DNA of 64,000 nt from a virus, in IMG/VR virus record IMGVR_UViG_3300025018_000111, positions 1 through 64,000 of that record. One strand, written 5' to 3'. How positions within the stretch are numbered: the first letter of the stretch is position 1; each line of letters begins with the position of its first letter. Below the pieces are notes generated by a model. It was not told the DNA's origin. It made no database searches and was given only the letters and a program-made list of their open reading frames with translations. Below, in pieces: positions 26,495-36,568 of the stretch. Both the position numbers and the translations under genes were made by a program.

Positions 26495-27196
26495 TCAGAT
26501 CCGTCTATTCTCGATACTAATATCTTCAAGGCTCTTTAAATACTCATACCCACCAATAATGAAATTAAAATATTTTTCATTGTCAACTGAATCCCCGTAC
26601 CACCCAATCGCATACGGATGATGACATTCACAAAGTTCAATTCCATCATTAGTTTCCATCATGTCGATAGTGCCGTACCAGTTTTTAGGAATCTTGCCAA
26701 CGATTTTTTCAAGAATATCGGGATCAAATTCTTTGTCTTCATCTGGCCCTTTATACCAAGAACAATTCCAAACTGTTCCATCTGAAACATATATTCTCCA
26801 TTCGTTCCCAACCTCCACGCTCTCTTGACAGAAGAACTCTTTTGATCCATTTAAAGATTCAGTCATGAATTCAATAGTCGTTGCATCAAACAATTTATAT
26901 TTGTCATTTGGCTTGAATACTGTACAACTTCCAGCCTCTGGCAAATCTTTAGAAATCCAAGTTTTCCTGATAACAAACTCTTTCATCCAAGCTGGATGAT
27001 AATCTGGTTTAAATGATTTTCCGATGGCGGATTCAACAAATTCTACAGATCCTACCGCAATCTCATCTTCAAATACATCATATCCACGGATACATGGACG
27101 AATTCTAATTGAATTTCTTAGAGACGCATCGATAATCGCAAGAGCTTCTCTCGAATAAAAGTCTGTTTGCTGAAGGGCTATTTTCATTTTTTCCAC
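26495..27196 (-). CDS. ATP-grasp family protein (DUF4343/R2K-like)
   Basis: FKP...KLF, EWRIYV, TID.......ELCECH...IGWY. Confidence 0.7.
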   Translation of the reverse strand: MEKMKIALQQTDFYSREALAIIDASLRNSIRIRPCIRGYDVFEDEIAVGSVEFVESAIGKSFKPDYHPAWMKEFVIRKTWISKDLPEAGSCTVFKPNDKYKLFDATTIEFMTESLNGSKEFFCQESVEVGNEWRIYVSDGTVWNCSWYKGPDEDKEFDPDILEKIVGKIPKNWYGTIDMMETNDGIELCECHHPYAIGWYGDSVDNEKYFNFIIGGYEYLKSLEDISIENRRI

Positions 27197-27402
27197 AATC
27201 TATTGTATTCCTCATCCTCCAATATTAAAGAATTTAAGGGATGATCGTCGCGCCATTCTCCGATATCTCGTTCTTCAATGTTTTTGACTTTCGGAGAGAT
27301 ACAGTGGTTAGAATATTTAGTATCTTCGATCTGATATCGAATTTCTTCCTCGCCAATTTGATCGAAATCAATTATCAATAATTCTACTTTATATGCTTTC
27401 AT
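27184..27402 (-). CDS. small hypothetical phage protein
   Basis: DIGEW.DDHPLN motif. Confidence 0.7.
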   Translation of the reverse strand: MKAYKVELLIIDFDQIGEEEIRYQIEDTKYSNHCISPKVKNIEERDIGEWRDDHPLNSLILEDEEYNRLWKK

Positions 27403-27623
27403 AAGTTAGTTATTATCCACTATTTCCTGATAATTGTCAACTAAATTTTTGACAATAATCTGAGAATCCTTTTTCCAACTTCTTCTCGGAATTTCCCATC
27501 CACAATAGTACATCCTTCGTCGCCGAGATGGTACAGGTTAGCTAGTTTCCGCGCAAGTTCTTTCTGTGCGTCGTTCAAATAGAATCGGACTGGAATCTGG
27601 AAGTCAACATATTCGTTCTGTGG

Positions 27624-27929
27624 TCATTTTTGTATCTGTTTAATTTGTAAATGTCCTGTTTTAATGTCAATTACGCACGTTAAGGTTCTTCTTTTTCCAC
27701 TATTCAATCTAAAAATAGCGTCCTTAAATTCAGGCGTTTCTTTATTAGGATATTTTGAAACAAATTTTCCAGTTTTCCTGTCTTTTCTATTTGGAATCTC
27801 GTCTCCGAGATAGTATAGACAAGTCTTTTTGGTAGCAAGATCTAATTGCTGCTGACTGAGAGGTATGTCAACTATAATGTCGAATTCTAAAAAATCATCC
27901 CGATCATCAATGCCTGAATTATTTTTCAT
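27624..27929 (-). CDS. hypothetical protein
   Basis: Co-oriented ORF followed by a decayed paralogous fragment. Confidence 0.65.
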   Translation of the reverse strand: MKNNSGIDDRDDFLEFDIIVDIPLSQQQLDLATKKTCLYYLGDEIPNRKDRKTGKFVSKYPNKETPEFKDAIFRLNSGKRRTLTCVIDIKTGHLQIKQIQK

Positions 27930-27957
27930 ATTTTCTTTAAAAAGTAACCTCCGTTAT

Positions 27958-28443
27958 TTATGAGCTTGTTTTATCCACTATTTCCTGATAATTGTCAACT
28001 AAATTTTTGACAATAATCTGAGAATCCTTTTTCCAACTTCTTCTCGGAATGTCCCATTGAACACCAATCCACACATATTTACTTGAAGGTTTGCTACAAA
28101 ACAACCAGTGTACAACTCTCGGATCTGTTTTAAAAATAGTTCCAACAGGAACTTGGAATCCTTCTGGATCGTTGCCATTTTTATTTTCAATAGAATATTT
28201 CGCATTTCCAAAAATATGATCGTCGGACGACAATGTTAGGTTCAAGAAATATTTATCTCCGAAGAAATCCGCATCGTTATGAGGAGGAACATTTTTGGCT
28301 CCAATCCAATGCGGCACAACAGTTGGGTGCATTTTTAATAATCCTTTGTCTAAGCATTCTACCTGTTTGACCACGTTGAATCTCATCCATCTTTGAATCC
28401 TTTTGCGAACAGTTGTCGGAACTTTCGGCAATAATTTAAGCAT
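27958..28443 (-). CDS. 2OG-Fe(II) oxygenase/cupin-like protein
   Basis: VPPHND (HxD), FLNLTL strand, GTIF...VVHW distal His; start at 28443 or 28470. Confidence 0.55.
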   Translation of the reverse strand: MLKLLPKVPTTVRKRIQRWMRFNVVKQVECLDKGLLKMHPTVVPHWIGAKNVPPHNDADFFGDKYFLNLTLSSDDHIFGNAKYSIENKNGNDPEGFQVPVGTIFKTDPRVVHWLFCSKPSSKYVWIGVQWDIPRRSWKKDSQIIVKNLVDNYQEIVDKTSS

Positions 28444-28459
28444 AGTTAGATTATTTCTC

Positions 28460-29210
28460 TTATTTTCCATCGAACACAATTGCTTCATCCGCATTATAGT
28501 CGGAGTTATTTTTATTACAAAATTCCAATCTTTCCAAACACATATCGTAGTATTCCCTTTTCTTTTCAATGCCAATAAATCGTCGATTGAGGTTTTTGGC
28601 GGCAAGTAGAGTAGATCCAGATCCAACAAAAGAGTCTAAAACCAAATCGTTTTCGTTTGACCATATCTTAACGATTCTTTCCATGAGCTGCAAGGGTTTT
28701 TGAGTGGGGTGCTTAACTCTTTCTTTACTCCAAGGAACGATCGGTGAAATATCTGACCACACATTCGATAATGCCCTATTCGGTTCTCCATTTTTAAGAC
28801 CTAAACCTCCGGTCTTTTTCTTAATGTTGGATGGGATTTTATTGTAGGTTGGATTCTTTCCGTTTATGAACCATAGAATATCTTCTCTAGTGGATATGAC
28901 GTTTTTTTTGCACCGCGACCTTTGATTCGATCATATATTATCCAATTTTTCAAGGAGAAATATTCCCTAACAATAGAGAGAGTTTCACAAACATTCGTCC
29001 AACCCTGAAAGATTATCAAATTTCCAGTTTCGGGCTTTAAGATTCTCAAATACTGAGATGAAATGAAATGCCAATCAAGTTGTTTTTCGTCCCATTCATT
29101 TTTTTCGAAATTGATCTCGTAGGGAGGATCAATAGATATAAGATCTACGGAATGATCTGGAATATTCTCCAATAAATTTAAACAATCTCCCAACAAAATT
29201 TTGTTTTTCA
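28460..29210 (-). CDS. N6A/N4C DNA methyltransferase split by a frameshift at an A8 run
   Basis: GDCL and IDPPY in the 5' ORF; HPTQKP and DSFVGSGS in the 3' ORF; one extra A at 28902-28909 joins them. Confidence 0.85.
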
Positions 29211-29312
29211 TAGCTTTCTTGCAAAAGGAACCACCTATGTATTTAATTTTCACCTTTAATTTTTAAAAAAAACATCATTATACAAACAATTAGTCCGACC
29301 ACTCTGAATATA

Positions 29313-29519
29313 TCAATCATTTTTATTTAAAATCTCAAAATCAAAATCGCAATCGCTAAAGCAATAATCAAATAGATGATTATCCTCTTCTATATTTAAT
29401 TCAGAAAGTAGGGGTAAATATATCTCATTTTGCTTTTTGGACAATTCCGATATTTTCTCTCTAGCCTCGTCTGTTATTTTTTTATTATCTATTTTCAATA
29501 TCCTATTCCCTCTTTCCAA
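29313..29519 (-). CDS. small hypothetical protein
   Basis: Coupled between two methyltransferase genes. Confidence 0.55.
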   Translation of the reverse strand: MERGNRILKIDNKKITDEAREKISELSKKQNEIYLPLLSELNIEEDNHLFDYCFSDCDFDFEILNKND

Positions 29520-30102
29520 TTATGTCAAATATATTTTCACCATCAATTTCGTTTCCTATAGTATCCCACCCATCATGTTTTTGTCTAGCAAAAAGTTCGA
29601 CTCTAGGACGATCCCCCAATAATCTTTCGATTCTTTTTCTGGCTTCATCTGGTTTTTGACTGTGTTCGGCCCTTTGAGATTGGATCAACGCTCTCACCGT
29701 TTTGTCTTGAACCCATCCCGCTATTTTCCCTTTAGTTGCCAAAAGACAGTTTTCAATCCCGCTCTTCAAGGTGTAAGCTCCAGTGAAACATACCGGATTT
29801 CCCTGTTTGTTGAACTTCTGCCATGAAAAAGCAACGGTCTTGTAAGTAAATCCCCAGTCCTCAATCACTTTTAGACATTTATCAAGATGATAGTCGGTTG
29901 TCCAGATAAAAAGAAAACAATTTTCCTCACAAATATTCTGAACATTGATTGATCGAATGTCTTTTGATGAAAGCATCGCATAAGGAGGCATTCTGTGTCC
30001 GTTCTGAGGAGTTGTTGTCGGATTTTTCTTGCAAGTCAAGTCATTATAGTAACTCCAAGGAGGATCTGCGTAGATAATTTCGTATTTTTTCAATTCTTGC
30101 AT
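29503..30102 (-). CDS. MT-A70 family adenine methyltransferase
   Basis: IYADPPW, LFIWTT, WGF.YKT, HSQKP, ELFAR, GW...GNE. Confidence 0.9.
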   Translation of the reverse strand: MQELKKYEIIYADPPWSYYNDLTCKKNPTTTPQNGHRMPPYAMLSSKDIRSINVQNICEENCFLFIWTTDYHLDKCLKVIEDWGFTYKTVAFSWQKFNKQGNPVCFTGAYTLKSGIENCLLATKGKIAGWVQDKTVRALIQSQRAEHSQKPDEARKRIERLLGDRPRVELFARQKHDGWDTIGNEIDGENIFDIIGKRE

Positions 30103-30206
30103 TGGTGTATTTTTTTATGTGCGTCAGGCTAAAACGATCATTTTTATCTCAATAATCCTTACCGTTATTTCGACAGGAAAATTTCTAGAAGGATTATTTT
30201 TAATTT

Positions 30207-30428
30207 CTATTCTAAATTTTTATCTTCAAAACATTTTGGGGAAATAGTCAACTCTGCATTTCTTAGTCTTAAGAGCTGTGATTCCATTAATCCTATTACT
30301 TTGTCGAGATTATCTAATGTGTCGTTGTTTTTCAAAAAAAGAGATGAGCTAACAATCAGAGATGTTCCGATTTCCCTAACCAAAGCTTGCATTTGACCGT
30401 TGACCGAGGGATCTTTGATTATTTCCAT
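30207..30428 (-). CDS. small hypothetical protein
   Basis: Co-oriented ORF. Confidence 0.55.
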   Translation of the reverse strand: MEIIKDPSVNGQMQALVREIGTSLIVSSSLFLKNNDTLDNLDKVIGLMESQLLRLRNAELTISPKCFEDKNLE

Positions 30429-30519
30429 CTCTTTATTGTAGGTTAATTCTAACTATTGTCAACAAAAAAAATGGAGAAAAAATTCCCCATTCTTTTTTAA
30501 ACCAAATCAAATCATTAAA

Positions 30520-31290
30520 TCAGAGTCTTCTCACAATGAATTTCACAAACTCTGACCTCACAATATCCTTCTCATCGAATTCCACATGGAAGATTTTATG
30601 TTCGTCCAGCTCTTCTTCCGTAGGAGCTTCTAAATCCTTTTCTTCATTAGAGTCCAAGAGATTCTTCACCATTCTTTCGAATCCCCCAGCCCCCGTTCTT
30701 TCCTTCAGATCGCTTTGTTCTGGATCGGCGCATATCACAACCTTGGTGAATTTTCCAACTCTTGTCAAGAAAGTTTTTAAATCTCGATAAGGAGTATTCT
30801 GGGCTTCGTCAAGAATCACGAACTTTGCGTTCCAGTTATGACCACGAATAAAGTTAATTGGCTGAACATCAAGTCGGTCCTCTGCGTTTAGCCTATCAAT
30901 GTCCGGTTTGCTCAATAATTCCTCGATCTTTTCATAAAACGGGACTCCATAGACAGAAAACTTCTGCTCAAGGTCTCCTTTTAAAAATCCAAGGGCATTA
31001 TCAGAATTTTCAACTGCGCTTCTAATATAGAGAATGTCCGAAACCTTTTTTTGATTAAGTGCGTTCAAAGCAAGCCAAACGGCAAGGCTGGTCTTGGAAG
31101 TACCGGCGACTCCACTTAAAATCAACAAATCAAAATCTAAATCGAGAACATATTTCTGCTTATCTGTCCAATCATATTGTTTTAATCTTATGGGATTTTT
31201 GAGTTTTGGTCTTTGGGGAACTCTGCTCGTTGAGATTGGAGTGTCCTCTTGGGGGTTTTGCTGTCTTTGTATTGTTTTATGTTTCGACAT
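30520..31290 (-). CDS. phoH: PhoH family ATPase
   Basis: GVAGTSKT, LGFLKG, RGH, ILDEAQN, LTRVG, QSD, DIVRS. Confidence 0.9.
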   Translation of the reverse strand: MSKHKTIQRQQNPQEDTPISTSRVPQRPKLKNPIRLKQYDWTDKQKYVLDLDFDLLILSGVAGTSKTSLAVWLALNALNQKKVSDILYIRSAVENSDNALGFLKGDLEQKFSVYGVPFYEKIEELLSKPDIDRLNAEDRLDVQPINFIRGHNWNAKFVILDEAQNTPYRDLKTFLTRVGKFTKVVICADPEQSDLKERTGAGGFERMVKNLLDSNEEKDLEAPTEEELDEHKIFHVEFDEKDIVRSEFVKFIVRRL

Positions 31291-31417
31291 AATTAGAACT
31301 TTTAAGCTACCATCTTAAAATACACAACTTTATTATCGAATATAATCGAATAATTTGTTAAAAAACTTTTGTAAAAAAAGTGTATTTCGTTATTATAGAA
31401 AGTGTAAAGGGATTTTT

Positions 31418-31711
31418 ATGAAAATTTATTACTGCCAAAAGTGCGGATCTAAAAATAATTACGAAATCGAGAAACCTAAAATGTGCAATTCTTGCAGCAA
31501 TAAAATATGGGAATCTCCTAAAAATGGAAATCCTCTAAAATCAACATCTTCTCGAATTGAGGATTATTCATGCGACTTCGATTTCCACTTTGAAGACGAA
31601 CCAAGATGTCAGGTTCAAAACAGCCCAGAATTCCCATCATTTGTTGTCGAAGGTTCGGATATTTCAATTCAAACGATAGGAGAGATAAAAGAAACGGCGC
31701 AATCCCAATAA
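31418..31711 (+). CDS. zinc-ribbon protein
   Basis: YCQKCG...CNSC. Confidence 0.7.
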   Translation: MKIYYCQKCGSKNNYEIEKPKMCNSCSNKIWESPKNGNPLKSTSSRIEDYSCDFDFHFEDEPRCQVQNSPEFPSFVVEGSDISIQTIGEIKETAQSQ

Positions 31712-31714
31712 ATC

Positions 31715-32428
31715 ATGGATAAAAAAACAAGGAAACATTATGAAGATAGCCTATCTATCATAGACGAGTGCTTGAATAAAAGCAGATCTAAATGGAGTCA
31801 AAATTCAGTAAAGTGGAAACAGTGGGATGATGTTAAGCAAGATATAAAAATCCACCTATTTATGAAGTGGTATCAATATAATGATAAAAAACCACTAAGA
31901 CCTTGGGTAAATGGTATTATCCGAAATCAAATATTCAACATAAAACGGAATATCTGGGGGAAACACGCAAAGCCTTGCTACAACTGTCCAGCTAATCTTC
32001 CTGATAATATGTGCAAGTTGTTCGGGGTTCAGTCTCAGGAATGTTTAAAATACAATGAGTGGATGGTAAAAAAAGAGGCTGCTTACAATCTGAACAATGC
32101 CTCTCAATTAGAAAGTGGCGAGGCTTACATAGATTATAGTTCGTTCATAATTAGAGAGAGTTCTGATTCCGACTTTTTCTCCATGAAAGCGGAACTAGAA
32201 GAGGAGTTGCTAAGAATCTTGAGCCCAAGAGAAAGAACATTCTATCAGCTATTTTTTGTACAAGAGAAAACTTACTCATTTATTGCAGAGAAATTGGGAG
32301 TCCAGATAGTTGAAGGTGACGAAACTCCTAAATCGTTAAAACTGATGGAAAAAAAGATCAAAGATGAGGCTGTAAAAATTATGGGGGAAAAAAGTTTCGT
32401 ATTCAACAATATCAACGGAAAATCGTGA
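31715..32428 (+). CDS. sigma-factor-like protein (candidate late sigma)
   Basis: Region-2-like DDVKQDI..HLF.KW...PWVNGII.NQ; region-4-like LSPRER......FV...TYSFIAEKLG. Confidence 0.65.
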   Translation: MDKKTRKHYEDSLSIIDECLNKSRSKWSQNSVKWKQWDDVKQDIKIHLFMKWYQYNDKKPLRPWVNGIIRNQIFNIKRNIWGKHAKPCYNCPANLPDNMCKLFGVQSQECLKYNEWMVKKEAAYNLNNASQLESGEAYIDYSSFIIRESSDSDFFSMKAELEEELLRILSPRERTFYQLFFVQEKTYSFIAEKLGVQIVEGDETPKSLKLMEKKIKDEAVKIMGEKSFVFNNINGKS

Positions 32429-33687
32429 AAAAATTAAACCTAAAACAAACAGAAGGAGATATTCTTAGAGATAAAAGAGTTAAAGAGAAGTCTGACCAAA
32501 AATTCAGAGAAAGTGAGAAGAAGAGATTGGAGAAACTGGAAAGAAAAAATATCCAGCACAATCTGGAGTCTCATGACGGAAAGCACATCTTAAATCAAGA
32601 ACAAGAAAAGAGGGCTTTAGAACTATGGAGGGAGAATAAGGATAATATTGATCTGAGAACTATTTGCGAGGACATATTTGGATCACCAGATATGAGATCC
32701 GCCTATGGTCGAGCTTTAAAGGATTTCTTCTATCAAAAGGCCATTCGCATAAAAAAGGGATCTCCTATTGTTAAAGAGAAAAGAGAATACGAACTATCAG
32801 AAGATCAGAAGAAATTCCTTGTCAATAACAAGGATATGTACGAGTCCAGATCTGAATTGTGCAAAAATTGTTTCGACGATCCGTATTTAAATCCATTGTC
32901 CAAAGAGGCTAGGGCCGCGTTTAAGTTTCTAGAAGATATCGGGGCTTTTAGTGGGTCTTCTAGTAGGATGGATAGTCTTATTGATAAAAGACATTCTGGC
33001 TCTAAAGACTACAAACCTCCTGTAACATCTCTTCAAGCCATAAAGCTCGTAAATTCGTGTTTAAAGGACGTTTTAGATTCTTCCAATATCTCCATAAGGG
33101 AAAAGAGGAATATGGAGTCCTTGGTGGCATACATGAACAAAAACAGATTCCTCAGACAGATCATGTCATACGAGGAACCTGAAGATAGAACCACGTTTGA
33201 AAATTCCTTCATTTCTTACGTTTATGACAAAGGAGATTTAACTCAAGAAGAGTTGGATCAATATATTATCTTATCAACTTCTGTCGTAGAAGGATTCCAG
33301 ATTCAAAAACTCAGGGGTAAGGCTCTAAAAGCTGCTGAAGATTTGCTAGATGAGGAAGATAACGAATCAAAAGTATTAGGAAAGGGATTGGTGGATCATG
33401 CTGCTCAACTTAACACCGAGTACAATCAATGTGTAAAAAGACAGGGGGATTTGTTTAAGAGTCTTACTGAAAAGAGGTCCGAGAGATTACAGCAATTAAA
33501 AGGAAGGGATTACAACTTTTTCAATCTGGTGGAAGCTTGGAGAGAGCAAGAGAATAGGGATAAAATCATTCGGCAAGCCGAACGCCTCAAGGATGAATCT
33601 AGGCAGAGAATTGAAGAGATTGATGATATGAGTGAGATAGATGCGATGATTCTTGGTATGAGCAAGGAGGAATTCTTATATGGATAG
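32425..33687 (+). CDS. conserved helical protein upstream of terminase
   Basis: 420 aa, coupled into the packaging operon. Confidence 0.7.
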   Translation: MKKLNLKQTEGDILRDKRVKEKSDQKFRESEKKRLEKLERKNIQHNLESHDGKHILNQEQEKRALELWRENKDNIDLRTICEDIFGSPDMRSAYGRALKDFFYQKAIRIKKGSPIVKEKREYELSEDQKKFLVNNKDMYESRSELCKNCFDDPYLNPLSKEARAAFKFLEDIGAFSGSSSRMDSLIDKRHSGSKDYKPPVTSLQAIKLVNSCLKDVLDSSNISIREKRNMESLVAYMNKNRFLRQIMSYEEPEDRTTFENSFISYVYDKGDLTQEELDQYIILSTSVVEGFQIQKLRGKALKAAEDLLDEEDNESKVLGKGLVDHAAQLNTEYNQCVKRQGDLFKSLTEKRSERLQQLKGRDYNFFNLVEAWREQENRDKIIRQAERLKDESRQRIEEIDDMSEIDAMILGMSKEEFLYG

Positions 33688-34612
33688 TCCTGTAGTTTGT
33701 AAAGAATGTGAGAAAGAGTTTCAAAATGAAAAAGGTCTTCATCTCCATTTAAAGTCTCATAAAATATCTATCCCAGATTATTATTTAAAATTTTTCCCAA
33801 GAAAAGATATTAAAACCGGAGAACCGATAAAATTCATAGATAAGGACCAATACTTTTCCTCAGATTTCAATTCTAGGAAAAATTTCAATATTTGGATAAA
33901 CGAATCCGAATTTGATGAAATTAAATCTTATTTAGAGATGAGGATTGAGAGACTATATTCTAAGAGAGAACCCAGATTTGAAATCTCCTCGTCTGAACTA
34001 GAAAGTTTAGGTGAAGTGGATATTCTTACTTATGATAAATATCTCGGAGGATATTATGACTATGTACAAAAATTGACGAAGACAAATAGGTTTTCTAACG
34101 ACATTAGATTCGATCCAGAACTCTTGGTCAACGAATCGATAATCATAGATAATAGAGAGCAAAATCCTTTCAATATCAAAAATTCAAAATTCGGAACACT
34201 AAAGTTTGGAGATTATTGTTTAGAGGATGAAAATCTTTCGGGAAGATTGAGGATAGAAAGAAAGTCTGCGTTCGATTTTATCCAAACTATGATCTCTGGA
34301 TTCGCAAGATTCCAAAAGGAGGTAAAACTCGCGGAGAAGAAAGATTATTATCTAGTGGTATTAGTTGAGGCTCCGGTTAAAAAATTACTCAGGCCAGAAT
34401 ACCATAAATTCTCGAAAGCCAACCCGCAATACTACTTTCATAATATGAGGAAACTCTGTCAGGAAAACAAAAATCTCCAATTTGTCTTTTGCTCAGGTAG
34501 AACCGAAAGCCAAGCTAGATGCAGAATTATATTAGAACAAGGAAAAGAATTACAGAAAACTGACATACATTACAATTTCAAAAAATATGATCTATTGCCC
34601 GCCGAACTATAA
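33680..34612 (+). CDS. C2H2 zinc finger plus ERCC4/XPF-type nuclease
   Basis: CKEC...HLKSH; IIIDNREQ, GDY, IERKS..DF. Confidence 0.8.
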   Translation: MDSPVVCKECEKEFQNEKGLHLHLKSHKISIPDYYLKFFPRKDIKTGEPIKFIDKDQYFSSDFNSRKNFNIWINESEFDEIKSYLEMRIERLYSKREPRFEISSSELESLGEVDILTYDKYLGGYYDYVQKLTKTNRFSNDIRFDPELLVNESIIIDNREQNPFNIKNSKFGTLKFGDYCLEDENLSGRLRIERKSAFDFIQTMISGFARFQKEVKLAEKKDYYLVVLVEAPVKKLLRPEYHKFSKANPQYYFHNMRKLCQENKNLQFVFCSGRTESQARCRIILEQGKELQKTDIHYNFKKYDLLPAEL

Positions 34613-36497
34613 AAAAGAATTTGAGGATATAAACAAAAAGCTAAAGTCTATAGAAGGGACTCTGGATATAAGAACTGCCGAGTCTACAATATTCTCATTT
34701 TTCCAGCATAATCTGAGATTCTTTTGTCAGCTAATGCTGAATATTGAGCTAGACCCTTATCAGGAAATGCTTCTCAAAGGAGCGTTAAATAGGAATTTTA
34801 GCTTACTTGTTATGACTCGTGGGGGCGGCAAAAGTTTTTTGATGGGGGTTTTTGTTATACTTCATAGCTTGTTAGAATCTAATAGCCAGATTATTATTTC
34901 TGGTCCGACATTCAGAACTAGCAAGTTTATTTTTGAATATGCTCAAAAGATCATAGAAGATCCTAAAAATGTTCTTCTTCGTCAATGTATGAAGGATACA
35001 AAGGGGAACAATGGTATATCTGGAGGAGGCGGAAGTGTTTTAAAAATGGATTTCATAAATGGAGCATCGGTAAGGGCTGTTCCTTTCTCGGACAAGATTC
35101 GTGGATTTCGAGCCAATGTTCTAATTTGCGACGAGTTTCTTTTAATGAGTGAAGAAATGGTTACAAGTGTTCTCAAGCCGTTCCTTGTCGCTAGATCAGA
35201 TATTAAAGAGTATCAAAAGATAAAAAGAAAAGAGGACATTCTTGTTAAGAAGGGTTTTATTTCTAATTCAGAAAGAACTCCTTTAACCAATAAGACTAAA
35301 ATGATTTCACTCAGTTCTGCATCTTTTACTTTTAATTATCTTTATCAGACATATTGTTCTTATAGAGATTTGATATATGGAATCATAAAAGAAGAGAAAG
35401 AGGAGAACGAAGAAGAAAGAATGCTGCAAGAATCTAGCAAGTATTTCCTAGCTCAAGTTTCTTACAAAGCAATCCCTGAACACATCTTAAATAGGTCCAT
35501 TATCAACGAAGCTAAGGAAACATATCCAAAGAGTTTGTTCGATCAAGAATATGGAGCTAAGTTCACCGACGGAAGTGACGGTTTTTTTAGCGCAAGAAAG
35601 ATGCAGGATGTTACTATTCCTAATGGAGACGAGCCTCATACTCGCATAATTGGGGCTTACGGGAAAGAGTATATTCTTGGTATTGACCCTAGCTTCTCAG
35701 ATTCTCCGTTGAACGATCATTTTGCTATGACTCTGATCGAATTTGATGAAGGAGATTATTCTAGGGGGACAGTTGTTCACTCGTATGCCGGTGTTGAAAC
35801 GACAATGCCTCAGCACATAAAATACCTTCATTATCTTTATACTCATTTTAATATTTCTTTCATTATTATTGATAATGCTGGGAAGCAGTTCATAGAATCC
35901 GCAAACGCTAGCGATTTGTTTGTCAAGGACGGAATAAACTTAAAATTCATTCGAGATTTTGATCCTACATTAACAGACAGAGAATATATTTCAGAACTAT
36001 CTCTACTGAACAGACAATATGATAAGAATAATCACACGATTTGTTATGCCCAATATTTCGGGAAAAATCATTTCATAAATAAGGCCAACCAATGCTTGCA
36101 AGAAGCGATTCATAATAAGAATATATGGTTCGCATCGAAGACAAGGGCTAATAACAGTTTTTACGACAAGGAAAGCAATAGATCTATTCCAAAAGATTTA
36201 ATATCATCCAATTCTAAATTACTTGGAGAGTCTGTTCTTGAGTTCATAGAATTACAGGATGACATGATCGATCTGACTAAAAAGGAATGTTCCCTGATTG
36301 AGGTGAAGATAAATCCTCAAGGTACAAGAACTTTCGATCTTCCATCTAATGTTAAATCAAGTAAAAGTAAAAATAGAGCAAGAAGAGATAATTATACTAC
36401 TCTTATGCTAGCTTGTTGGGCTAGAAAATTTCTTTATGACTCTAAGCAAAGTGGAAATCAGAAAAAATCAAATACGTTCGAGCCATTCTTTATATAA
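34587..36497 (+). CDS. terL: terminase large subunit
   Basis: TRGGGKS Walker A, IRGFRANVLICDE Walker B, QEYGAKF, LGIDPS nuclease, D.YTTLMLA. Confidence 0.9.
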   Translation: MIYCPPNYKKEFEDINKKLKSIEGTLDIRTAESTIFSFFQHNLRFFCQLMLNIELDPYQEMLLKGALNRNFSLLVMTRGGGKSFLMGVFVILHSLLESNSQIIISGPTFRTSKFIFEYAQKIIEDPKNVLLRQCMKDTKGNNGISGGGGSVLKMDFINGASVRAVPFSDKIRGFRANVLICDEFLLMSEEMVTSVLKPFLVARSDIKEYQKIKRKEDILVKKGFISNSERTPLTNKTKMISLSSASFTFNYLYQTYCSYRDLIYGIIKEEKEENEEERMLQESSKYFLAQVSYKAIPEHILNRSIINEAKETYPKSLFDQEYGAKFTDGSDGFFSARKMQDVTIPNGDEPHTRIIGAYGKEYILGIDPSFSDSPLNDHFAMTLIEFDEGDYSRGTVVHSYAGVETTMPQHIKYLHYLYTHFNISFIIIDNAGKQFIESANASDLFVKDGINLKFIRDFDPTLTDREYISELSLLNRQYDKNNHTICYAQYFGKNHFINKANQCLQEAIHNKNIWFASKTRANNSFYDKESNRSIPKDLISSNSKLLGESVLEFIELQDDMIDLTKKECSLIEVKINPQGTRTFDLPSNVKSSKSKNRARRDNYTTLMLACWARKFLYDSKQSGNQKKSNTFEPFFI

Positions 36498-36568
36498 ATA
36501 TTAAGATTTAAAATCAAAATTTAAGATGCTAACTTAAAAATTAACAGATAAAATGTGTATAGTATTAT

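Noticed and set aside
26290-26529. 79-aa ORF
   Set aside because: Its 3' half reads through an IS-end-like hairpin; probably a disrupted gene and not confidently callable
27624-27626. TGA recoding or alternative genetic code
   Set aside because: Single case; elsewhere TGA, TAG and TAA all end genes cleanly and long genes are intact in code 11
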